In this document: positions 1 through 5,479 of the stretch, piece by piece
Numbering within the stretch: position 1 is the first letter of the stretch
Layout: the number at the start of each line of letters is the position of its first letter
Notes under the pieces: model-generated
Seen by the model: the letters and a program-made list of their open reading frames with translations, nothing else
The model's database searches: none
What the model was told of the DNA's origin: nothing
Origin: an uncultured Erysipelotrichaceae bacterium
GTDB taxonomy: Bacteria > Bacillota_I > Bacilli_A > Erysipelotrichales > Erysipelotrichaceae
Direction: 5' to 3'
Assembly (NCBI GenBank): GCA_964457525.1
Contig: CAYWGS010000103.1
Span: 1-5,479 of the forward strand
DNA length: 5,479 nucleotides
Made by a program: the position numbers and the translations under genes

Positions 1-48
1 GGCAATGTTAGATTATTTCTTTAGTTTAATCTTTGAAGATGGGTAGAA

Positions 49-261
49 GTGACTGAAGATGTGGATCGTTTAGTCAAAGAATATTTACCTAATTTCTCAC
101 AATGGTTAATCGTTTCTCAATCCGAAGTTAAACTTGGATCAGAAACAAAAGTTAGTGTTGAAAAAGCAAGTGGAGTTACTTGCCCACGTTGTTGGAATGT
201 GACACATAGTCATGCGGAAGATGGTTTATGTGATCGTTGTGCAGCTGTATTAAAGGATTAA
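49..261 (+). CDS. ileS: C-terminal zinc-ribbon segment of type-1 isoleucyl-tRNA synthetase (3' end of ileS, or an orphan/frameshifted fragment)
   Basis: The translation ...LIVSQSEVKLG...GVTCPRCWNV...GLCDRCAAVLKD has the LIVS motif and paired CxxC...CxxC knuckles typical of the extreme C-terminus of bacterial IleS, compared from memory with the B. subtilis and S. aureus C-termini. It ends at TAA 259-261, directly followed by an intrinsic terminator. Caveat: the frame is closed upstream by TGA 34-36 and TAG 22-24, and the first possible start is GTG 49 with only a weak SD. Continuity with an upstream ileS body is therefore not demonstrated. Confidence 0.7.
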   Translation: MTEDVDRLVKEYLPNFSQWLIVSQSEVKLGSETKVSVEKASGVTCPRCWNVTHSHAEDGLCDRCAAVLKD

Positions 262-284
262 GTACTCGAAAGAGTACTTTTTTG
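260..284 (+). terminator. Rho-independent terminator after the ileS-like ORF
   Basis: Perfect 8-bp stem aagtactc (260-267) / gagtactt (272-279) with a GAAA tetraloop (268-271). The T run (278-283) starts within the 3' arm. The hairpin overlaps the TAA stop. Confidence 0.88.
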
Positions 285-291
285 TTATACT
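283..291 (+). promoter_or_regulatory. Candidate extended -10 promoter element (TGtTATACT) for the methyltransferase gene
   Basis: TG at 283-284, one spacer nt, then TATACT at 286-291. The same TGnTATACT form occurs at the T-box promoter (1045-1053). There is no convincing -35. The predicted start point (~7 nt after the -10) falls on A298 of the ATG. Confidence 0.3.
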
Positions 292-297
292 TGTGCT

Positions 298-1023
298 ATG
301 GAAATCACATCAAATCAAAATACAACGTATAAACAATGGATGAAACTTCATCAAGCAAAATATCGTTCAGAATATCGACGTTTTTTAGTTGAAGGCGAAC
401 ATCTTGTCGAAGAAGCGTTAAAGGCAAAATGTGTAGAAGCAATTATTATTCGGTATGGACATAAAACATCTTATAAAGGAACAATCTACGAATTAAAAGA
501 TAATTTGTTTGATAAACTTTGTGTAACTCAATCCAAAGAAAATATTATCGCTTTGTGTACTTTCTCAGATTTAAAAGTTAAGAATGAAACTCGAATTTTA
601 ATCTGTGATCAGATTCAAGATCCAGGTAATATGGGGACCATGATTCGTACAGCTTTATCATTTGGTTTTGATAAAATCTTATGTTCTAAAGATTGTGTCG
701 ATGTCTATAATGAAAAAGTTATACGAGCATCTCAAGGTGCGATGTTTCATATTGTGACTGAGTCGGTTGATTGTATAAAATCAATCGAAGATTTGAAAAA
801 ATCGGGTTTTAAAGTCTATGGGACAGGTTTTAATCAATCGATTCCTCTTGAATCGGTTAAACCGAATGAAAAATTAGCCGTTGTTTTAGGAAATGAAGGA
901 AAAGGTGTAAGAGTTGAAGTCTTACGTAAATGTGATTCAATTATTCGAATTGAAACGAGTAAGTTTAATAGTTTGAATGTTGGAGTTGCGACAGGGATCT
1001 TGTTGCATTATTTTAGAAAATAG
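298..1023 (+). CDS. rlmP: SpoU/TrmH-family (SPOUT) RNA 2'-O-methyltransferase, YsgA/RlmP-like (23S rRNA ribose methyltransferase type)
   Basis: 241 aa. The N-terminal substrate-binding region WMKLHQAKYR...FLVEGEHLVEEAL resembles B. subtilis YsgA (recalled from memory). SPOUT motifs are present: DPGNMGTMIRTA (motif 1), VVLGNEGKGV (motif 2) and SLNVGVATGILLH (motif 3). Its position immediately upstream of pheST matches B. subtilis ysgA-pheS-pheT. The symbol is by analogy only; the substrate is not determinable from sequence. There is no SD upstream of ATG 298. Confidence 0.88.
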   Translation: MEITSNQNTTYKQWMKLHQAKYRSEYRRFLVEGEHLVEEALKAKCVEAIIIRYGHKTSYKGTIYELKDNLFDKLCVTQSKENIIALCTFSDLKVKNETRILICDQIQDPGNMGTMIRTALSFGFDKILCSKDCVDVYNEKVIRASQGAMFHIVTESVDCIKSIEDLKKSGFKVYGTGFNQSIPLESVKPNEKLAVVLGNEGKGVRVEVLRKCDSIIRIETSKFNSLNVGVATGILLHYFRK

Positions 1024-1024
1024 T

Positions 1025-1053
1025 TTGGATTATTTTGATTGTTTTGGTATACT
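1025..1053 (+). promoter_or_regulatory. Sigma-A-type promoter of the pheST leader (-35 TTGGAT, 17-nt spacer, extended -10 TGgTATACT)
   Basis: -35 TTGGAT at 1025-1030. TG at 1045-1046. -10 TATACT at 1048-1053. Located just upstream of the first recognisable T-box Stem I elements. Confidence 0.55.
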
Positions 1054-1059
1054 ATTGAT

Positions 1060-1256
1060 GTAAATCAAAGCTGGGACATAGTAACAGAGCCCTTTAGAGA
1101 GAATAACAAGTGCTGAAAGTTATTCATTATCTGTGAATTCACCCCAAAGAGGAGTTAATCACTCACGGTCCCACCGTTATCGGATTGAGCTGTGTCGAAA
1201 GACAAAGCAGGATGGTACCGCGATTTTCGTTCCTGTAGGAGCGATTTTTTTATTTT
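1060..1256 (+). promoter_or_regulatory. T-box riboswitch leader, Phe-specific (UUC specifier), controlling pheS-pheT
   Basis: Elements read directly. Stem I has an S-turn AGUA (1080-1083), helix ACAG (1084-1087) / CUGU (1131-1134) and an AG-bay AGAGA (1096-1100). The distal stem is GAAUAAC (1101-1107) / GUUAUUC (1119-1125) with loop AAGUGCUGAAA. The specifier loop is GAA-UUC-A (1135-1141), with the UUC codon at 1138-1140 followed by the conserved purine. F-box CCGUUA lies at 1174-1179. Stem III spans 1189-1208 with a GAAA loop. The T-box sequence AGGAUGGUACCGCG lies at 1209-1222. Its UGGU bulge (1213-1216) would pair with the ACCA end of tRNA-Phe (discriminator A73). The antiterminator AGGA (1209-1212) / UCCU (1231-1234) competes with the terminator helix. 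Confidence 0.93.
1227..1256 (+). terminator. T-box attenuator (intrinsic terminator of the leader)
   Basis: Stem tcgttcc (1227-1233) / ggagcga (1238-1244): 7 bp including one G-U, with loop tgta. It is followed by TTTTTTTATTTT (1245-1256). The 5' arm overlaps the 3' arm of the antiterminator, so the two structures are mutually exclusive. Confidence 0.8.
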
Positions 1257-1266
1257 AAGGAGAACT

Positions 1267-2292
1267 ATGGAAAAACTAAGAAAAGATGGTTTAGAAGCGA
1301 TTCAAGCATGTACGAACTTAAATGAGCTTTCTAATGTTCGTAATGAGTATTTGTCTAAAAAAGGTTTAGTTTCACAGTTGATGTTGCAGATGAAAGATTT
1401 AACACCAGAAGAAAAGCCAGCGTTTGGATCTAAAGTGAATGAGTTGAAACAAACTTTAGAAAACGCATTTAAAGTTAAAGAAGCTGAATTAGAAGATTTA
1501 AAACTCAATGAACAATTGAAACTAGGAAAGATTGATATCACATTACCTTCCAGTTTACCAAGAGTTGGAACACTTCATCCTTTAACTGTAGTTCAAACAG
1601 AAATTGAACAGTTCTTTATTGGAATGGGCTATTTAGTAGAAGAAGGCCCTGAAGTTGAACTCGACTACTACAACTTTGAAAGAGCAAACATTCCACAGAA
1701 TCATCCTGCACGTGATATGCAAGATACTTTCTATATCAATATGGAATGGTTACTTAGAACACATACGACCGCAATTCAAACGCGTACACTCGAAGCTTAT
1801 AAAGGTGAAGTACCAATTAAGGTTATTTGTCCTGGTAAGGTTTATCGTAAAGATGATGATGATGCGACACATTCACACCAATTCGTTCAAATGGAAGGTT
1901 TGGTAGTGGGTAATAAGATTTCATTATCCGATTTAAAAGGAACACTTGAGAAACTTGCTAAACATATGTTTGGCGATGCACGTGTGATTCGTTTTAGACC
2001 ATCTTATTTCCAATTCACTGAACCAAGTGTAGAAGTCGATGTATCCTGTCATATTTGTAATGGTAAGGGATGTCCAACGTGTAAACATACGGGTTGGATT
2101 GAAATTCTAGGTGCAGGGATGGTTCATCCAAATGTATTGCGTATGGCGGGTTATGATCCTGAAAAGGTGAGTGGATTTGCGTTTGGACTAGGCGTTGAGC
2201 GTGTTGCGTTACTAAAATATGGTATCGATGATATTCGTCAATTCTATACAAATGATCTACGCTTTTTATCGACATTCCGTCGTTTTGAGTAG
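1267..2292 (+). CDS. pheS: Phenylalanyl-tRNA synthetase alpha subunit
   Basis: 341 aa from ATG 1267, preceded by SD AAGGAG (1257-1262). Class II aaRS motifs are present: HPARDMQDTFY (motif 2 region), YRKDDDDATHSHQFVQMEGLVV, and GWIEILGAGMVHPNVL...GFAFGLGVERVALLKYGIDDIRQFYTNDLRF (motif 3). The protein is near-colinear with B. subtilis and S. aureus PheS as recalled. The GTG 1192 start in the ORF track would translate the T-box and terminator and is rejected. Confidence 0.97.
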   Translation: MEKLRKDGLEAIQACTNLNELSNVRNEYLSKKGLVSQLMLQMKDLTPEEKPAFGSKVNELKQTLENAFKVKEAELEDLKLNEQLKLGKIDITLPSSLPRVGTLHPLTVVQTEIEQFFIGMGYLVEEGPEVELDYYNFERANIPQNHPARDMQDTFYINMEWLLRTHTTAIQTRTLEAYKGEVPIKVICPGKVYRKDDDDATHSHQFVQMEGLVVGNKISLSDLKGTLEKLAKHMFGDARVIRFRPSYFQFTEPSVEVDVSCHICNGKGCPTCKHTGWIEILGAGMVHPNVLRMAGYDPEKVSGFAFGLGVERVALLKYGIDDIRQFYTNDLRFLSTFRRFE

Positions 2293-2301
2293 GAGAAACA
2301 C

Positions 2302-4689
2302 ATGAAAGTAAGTTTAAAATGGTTAAGCAAATACGTTGATTTAAACGATATTACGGCTGATAAATTAGCAGATACTTTAACCCTAGCAGGGTTGGAAGTT
2401 GAAAGTGTGGATGCGGTTGCGCATGGTACAAATCTTGTGATTGGGGAAGTATTAGAATGTGAGAAACATCCAGAATCCGATCATTTATCTAAGACATTGG
2501 TAAATGTTGGAGATGAAGTCTTATCCATCGTGTGCGGTGCACCGAATGTTCGTAAAGGTCAGAAGGTTATTGTCGCAAAGGTTGGGGCAGTTCTTCCAGA
2601 AGTTACAATCAAAAAGGCTAGTATTAAGGGTGTTGAGAGTTGTGGGATGATTTGTTCACTTCTTGAGTTAGGGGTAGATCCTAAACACTTAAGTGATGAA
2701 CAAAAGTCAGGGATTGAAGTACTTGATCCAAGTGTAGAAGTTGGAAAAGAAGCATTATATACTTTAGGTTTAGATGATGTGATTATTGATATTAAACAAA
2801 CTCCAAATCGTAATGATTTTAATGCATTATGGTCTGTTGCGTATGAAGTATCCGCATTATTAAAGCGAGATATTATGATTCCTTGGAAAAAAGATTATCA
2901 TGTTCAAGGATCTAAGAGTTCACTTGTAATTGGGTCAGAGACATCCAATTGTCCATTGTTCTTAGGTAAGATGATTGGAAGTGTTAAAGTAGGACCAAGT
3001 CCTGAATGGTTAAAACGTGATTTAGAATCTGTTGGAATGAAATCAATTAATAATGTGGTTGATATCTCTAACTATGTCATGGTTGAAACTGGACAACCTT
3101 TACATTTCTATGATGCGTCAAAATTAACAAAAACTGAGATTATTGTTAAAGATCAACAAGTTGGTAAAATTAAGACTTTAGATGAGTCTGAGTTAGATTT
3201 AGAACTCGATGATATCGTTATTACTTCCAATGGATCACCAATTGGTTTAGCCGGTATTATGGGTGGAGATGATAGTAAGATTGATGAAAATACACAATCC
3301 ATTATTATCGAAGCTGCACAATTTGATCCTACCCGTATTCGTCACACATCCCGTAGAGTTAATCTATTAACAGATGCAAGTTTGCGTTTCCAAAAAGGCA
3401 TTGATCCAATGGCAACCTATAAAGCAATGGACCGTGCTGTTGAGTTATTAGTTGAATATGCAGGGGCAAGTTTAATTGAAGAAACTCAAGTTCATGGAAG
3501 TGTTAATACTGAGTTTAAACAAGTGAGTGTGAAGCATTCTCATATAGAAAGATTATTAGGAACACGTGTTACTTTAGAAGAATGTGTTGATATCTTCAAA
3601 CGTTTATATTTCAATCCAAGTGTAGATGGTGAATTGATTCGTTGTACAATACCAAGTTATCGTTTAGATATCGATGTGGCAGAAGATTTGATTGAAGAAG
3701 TTGGTCGTATTATTGGCTATGCGGATTTAAAAGGTACTTTACCGGTTATGCCAAGTACACAAGGGGGATATAACCCACGCCAAAAAATGCGTCAAAAGAT
3801 TCGTCAATTAGCGCTTGGATTTGGGATGAATGAAGTTATTACTTATACTTTAGTTCATGAAGATAAGTGTAAAGAAGGGGTTTATCCGTTAGAAAATCCT
3901 GCACGACTCATGTCTCCACTTAGTGAAGAAAGACGTTATGTACGTAATAATCTATTAACGAGCTTACTTGATACCGCAAGTTATAACCAAGCTCACAAGA
4001 TGAAGGATTTCCAAATTTTTGAAATCTCTAATTTAAATACCATGCAAGAAAATCAAGAACGACTTGCGTTTGTGTTGAGTGGTACGCATGAAGTATCAAT
4101 TTGGCAGAAACAAAATACAGCGTATGATTTCTATAGCGCAAAAGGGATTGTCGAAAGAGTCTTATTTGAATTAGGCTTTGCGTCATCTCGTATTAAATTT
4201 GAATCCAATGAAACATCGAGTTTCTTCCATCCTCTACGTTCTGCGATTGTCACAATCGATAAGAAGGTTGTTGGGGTAATTGGTGAAATTCATCCAAAAG
4301 TTGCTAAACGTTATGATGTAAGTACTGTGATTATGGGTGAGATTATTCTTGAAAAGTTATTTGAACTTAAGACATCTAAGATTAAGTTTGTACCAATTAA
4401 TAAATTACCAAGTGTAGTTCGTGATATTGCCTTAGTTTGTGATGAGAATACGCTTGCGTCTGATATCGAAAAAGTAATTCGTTCTGTTTCTAAAGATATG
4501 ATTCAATCGGTAACAATTTTCGATGTTTATCAAGGGGATAAAGTTGAAAAAGGTAAGAAATCAATCGCATTAAAAGTCGTTTATCAAGCGCCTGATCATA
4601 CATTAAGTGAAGAAGAAATTACAAGTTTATATCAAAAAACAATTGAAGCATGTAAAAAAGGCTTGAATGCTGAGTTACGTATCGCTTAA
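2302..4689 (+). CDS. pheT: Phenylalanyl-tRNA synthetase beta subunit
   Basis: 795 aa, the normal length for bacterial PheT. SD AGGAG (2291-2295) overlaps the pheS TAG stop, and ATG 2302 lies 9 nt after it. The N-terminal tRNA-binding (OB/Trbp111-like) domain reads GEVLECEKHPESDHLSKTLVNVG...VCGAPNVRKGQKVIVAKVGAVLP. Also present are a B3/B4 region, a B5 region (RLDIDVAEDLIEEVGRIIGY) and a C-terminal FDX-ACB-like domain (RDIALV...IFDVYQG...KSIALKVVYQ). Confidence 0.97.
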   Translation: MKVSLKWLSKYVDLNDITADKLADTLTLAGLEVESVDAVAHGTNLVIGEVLECEKHPESDHLSKTLVNVGDEVLSIVCGAPNVRKGQKVIVAKVGAVLPEVTIKKASIKGVESCGMICSLLELGVDPKHLSDEQKSGIEVLDPSVEVGKEALYTLGLDDVIIDIKQTPNRNDFNALWSVAYEVSALLKRDIMIPWKKDYHVQGSKSSLVIGSETSNCPLFLGKMIGSVKVGPSPEWLKRDLESVGMKSINNVVDISNYVMVETGQPLHFYDASKLTKTEIIVKDQQVGKIKTLDESELDLELDDIVITSNGSPIGLAGIMGGDDSKIDENTQSIIIEAAQFDPTRIRHTSRRVNLLTDASLRFQKGIDPMATYKAMDRAVELLVEYAGASLIEETQVHGSVNTEFKQVSVKHSHIERLLGTRVTLEECVDIFKRLYFNPSVDGELIRCTIPSYRLDIDVAEDLIEEVGRIIGYADLKGTLPVMPSTQGGYNPRQKMRQKIRQLALGFGMNEVITYTLVHEDKCKEGVYPLENPARLMSPLSEERRYVRNNLLTSLLDTASYNQAHKMKDFQIFEISNLNTMQENQERLAFVLSGTHEVSIWQKQNTAYDFYSAKGIVERVLFELGFASSRIKFESNETSSFFHPLRSAIVTIDKKVVGVIGEIHPKVAKRYDVSTVIMGEIILEKLFELKTSKIKFVPINKLPSVVRDIALVCDENTLASDIEKVIRSVSKDMIQSVTIFDVYQGDKVEKGKKSIALKVVYQAPDHTLSEEEITSLYQKTIEACKKGLNAELRIA

Positions 4690-4728
4690 AATTAAGTGTG
4701 GATTTAACAATATAAAGGTGGTGTACTT

Positions 4729-5445
4729 ATGGGACGCGCATTTGAAGTAAGAAAAAAGGCAAGAGAAAAAACGAATGCCTCAAAGACAAAGATTTATTCA
4801 CGTTTTGGAAAAGAGTTGTTTATCGCAGCGAAAGCAGGTATTCCTGATCCAGAAATGAACCAAGGCTTAAAACGTATGATTGAACGTGCTAAGGCGAATC
4901 AAGTGCCTGCAGACGTTATTAAACGTGCGATTGATAAGGCTAAAGGTGGTTCTGAAGATAGTTATACGAGTGTTCGCTATGAAGGGTATGGTCCAGGTAA
5001 CTGTACCATTATCATTGATTGCTTAACAGATAATGTAAATCGTACAGTAAGCGATGTTCGTAACTGTTTTACGAAGACTAAATCGAAGATGGGTGTATCA
5101 GGGTCTGTTTCACATCTCTATGATCATATCGGAATTCTTGCATTTCCATTTGACAATGAGGAACAGGTTCTAGATACATTGATTGAACATGATGTTGATG
5201 TTGTGGATGTTGAGAAGGAAGATGAAACGATTAACGTTACGGTTCATCCAAATGATCTCTACAAGGCAAAAACCGCAATTGAATCCATTTTACCGGAAGT
5301 TGAGTTTAGTGCTCTAGAAACAACAATGGTCCCTCATGATACTGTACAATTGAGTGGTGATGATGTGGACTTATTCAATCGTTTTATGAATATGATTGAT
5401 GAATTAGATGATGTACAAAACGTATATCACAATGTAGAAGAATAA
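4729..5445 (+). CDS. YebC/PmpR-family protein (annotated historically as a transcriptional regulator; family members act as translation factors)
   Basis: 238 aa. SD AAAGGTGGTG (4714-4723) lies 5 nt before ATG 4729. Family signatures: N-terminal MGRAFE...K...SK.K.YSRFGKE, IERAKANQVPADVIKRAIDKAKGG, YEGYGPGN..II.DCLTDNVNRT and KMGVSGSV. The MGR-type N-terminus places it with the YeeN/YeeI-like paralogues rather than the MAGHSKW-type YebC. The subfamily is too uncertain to assign a symbol. Confidence 0.92.
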   Translation: MGRAFEVRKKAREKTNASKTKIYSRFGKELFIAAKAGIPDPEMNQGLKRMIERAKANQVPADVIKRAIDKAKGGSEDSYTSVRYEGYGPGNCTIIIDCLTDNVNRTVSDVRNCFTKTKSKMGVSGSVSHLYDHIGILAFPFDNEEQVLDTLIEHDVDVVDVEKEDETINVTVHPNDLYKAKTAIESILPEVEFSALETTMVPHDTVQLSGDDVDLFNRFMNMIDELDDVQNVYHNVEE

Positions 5446-5479
5446 AGAGGCTGTAACGAATAAACAGCTTTGAATAGAA

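Noticed and set aside
31-36. CTT TGA in frame 1 resembling the prfB programmed +1 frameshift site, as a possible way to bridge the broken ileS frame
   Set aside because: A +1 shift here enters frame 2, which stops at TAG 44-46 before reaching the zinc-ribbon ORF. No upstream SD-like stimulator is visible, and TAG 22-24 still blocks frame 1.
22-36. Possibility that TGA is read as Trp (genetic code 4), which would open the ileS frame
   Set aside because: TAG 22-24 would still interrupt the frame. None of the four full-length genes needs an in-frame TGA, so they give no support for code 4, and the SD-rich gene starts fit a Bacillota genome using the standard code. There is no positive evidence for recoding.
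1072-1173. Perfect 6-nt complementarity between tgggac (1072-1077) and gtccca (1168-1173) spanning the whole of T-box Stem I
   Set aside because: GGG 1073-1075 is already needed to pair with CCC 1143-1145 to close the specifier loop in the canonical fold. A 6-mer match in ~200 nt is not significant on its own. It could be an alternative pairing, but I cannot support that without covariation data.
1192-1266. 25-codon N-terminal extension of pheS from GTG 1192 (MSKDKAGWYRDFRSCRSDFFILRRT), as given in the ORF track
   Set aside because: It overlaps T-box Stem III, the T-box sequence and the attenuator terminator, and has no SD. PheS homologues begin at the MEKL... methionine (ATG 1267), which has a perfect AAGGAG SD.
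1852-1863. Tandem (GAT)x4 microsatellite-like run
   Set aside because: It encodes the DDDD of the conserved PheS motif YR(K/R)DDDDATHSHQF. It is in frame and functionally constrained, so it is not a contingency or slippage locus.
2047-2082. CxxCxxxxCxxC zinc-knuckle (CHICNGKGCPTC) inside PheS that is absent from E. coli PheS
   Set aside because: It looks like an insertion only relative to Proteobacteria. As I recall, the same Cys knuckle occurs at this position in B. subtilis and S. aureus PheS, so it is a lineage-typical feature and not a novelty.
1302-2275. Three short ORFs inside pheS: 1302-1541 (-) 79 aa, 1655-1906 (+, off-frame) 83 aa, 2015-2275 (-) 86 aa
   Set aside because: They are shadow ORFs fully embedded in a strongly conserved CDS. 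Their translations are low-complexity and biased, with no SD and no recognisable motifs. Such ORFs are expected by chance in AT-rich coding DNA.
5448-5470. Hairpin after the YebC-family stop (aggctgt / acagctt, 7 bp with one G-U, 9-nt loop) as a possible terminator
   Set aside because: The stem is weak, the loop is large, and no real T-tract follows (tgaatagaa). The window ends at 5479, so a genuine terminator may lie further downstream. This is not enough to call.
1-5479. Window-wide scan for a novel system: defence genes, toxin-antitoxin pairs, CRISPR or other repeats, IS or integrase ends, unusual intergenic RNAs, strand switches, compositional islands
   Set aside because: All genes are on one strand with uniform AT-rich composition. 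All four complete proteins are full-length members of well-known housekeeping families. The only long intergenic region is a canonical T-box. No direct or inverted repeats were seen beyond the terminator and riboswitch helices.

Overview
AT-rich, all plus-strand, tightly packed core housekeeping locus of a low-GC Bacillota-like genome (Bacilli/Erysipelotrichia style codon usage, strong AGGAG-type ribosome binding sites). Order: (1) the last ~70 codons of a type-1 isoleucyl-tRNA synthetase (C-terminal zinc ribbon) followed by a clean intrinsic terminator. (2) A SpoU/TrmH (SPOUT) RNA 2'-O-methyltransferase of the YsgA/RlmP type. (3) A sigma-A-like promoter plus a complete T-box riboswitch with a UUC (Phe) specifier. 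(4) pheS. (5) pheT. (6) A YebC/PmpR-family gene joined to pheT with no terminator. The ysgA-like/pheS/pheT order matches B. subtilis synteny. I find no CRISPR array, mobile element, toxin-antitoxin pair, defence gene or unexplained repeat structure, and every stretch over about 40 nt is accounted for. My honest reading is that this is an ordinary translation-apparatus region, not a novel system. The points worth a second look are modest. The IleS zinc-ribbon ORF is cut off from anything upstream by stops in all three forward frames within nt 1-48. The methyltransferase gene has an apparently leaderless or SD-less start right behind the ileS terminator. The supplied pheS ORF start (1192) lies inside the T-box and should be 1267. 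The YebC-family gene appears to be part of the pheST transcription unit.
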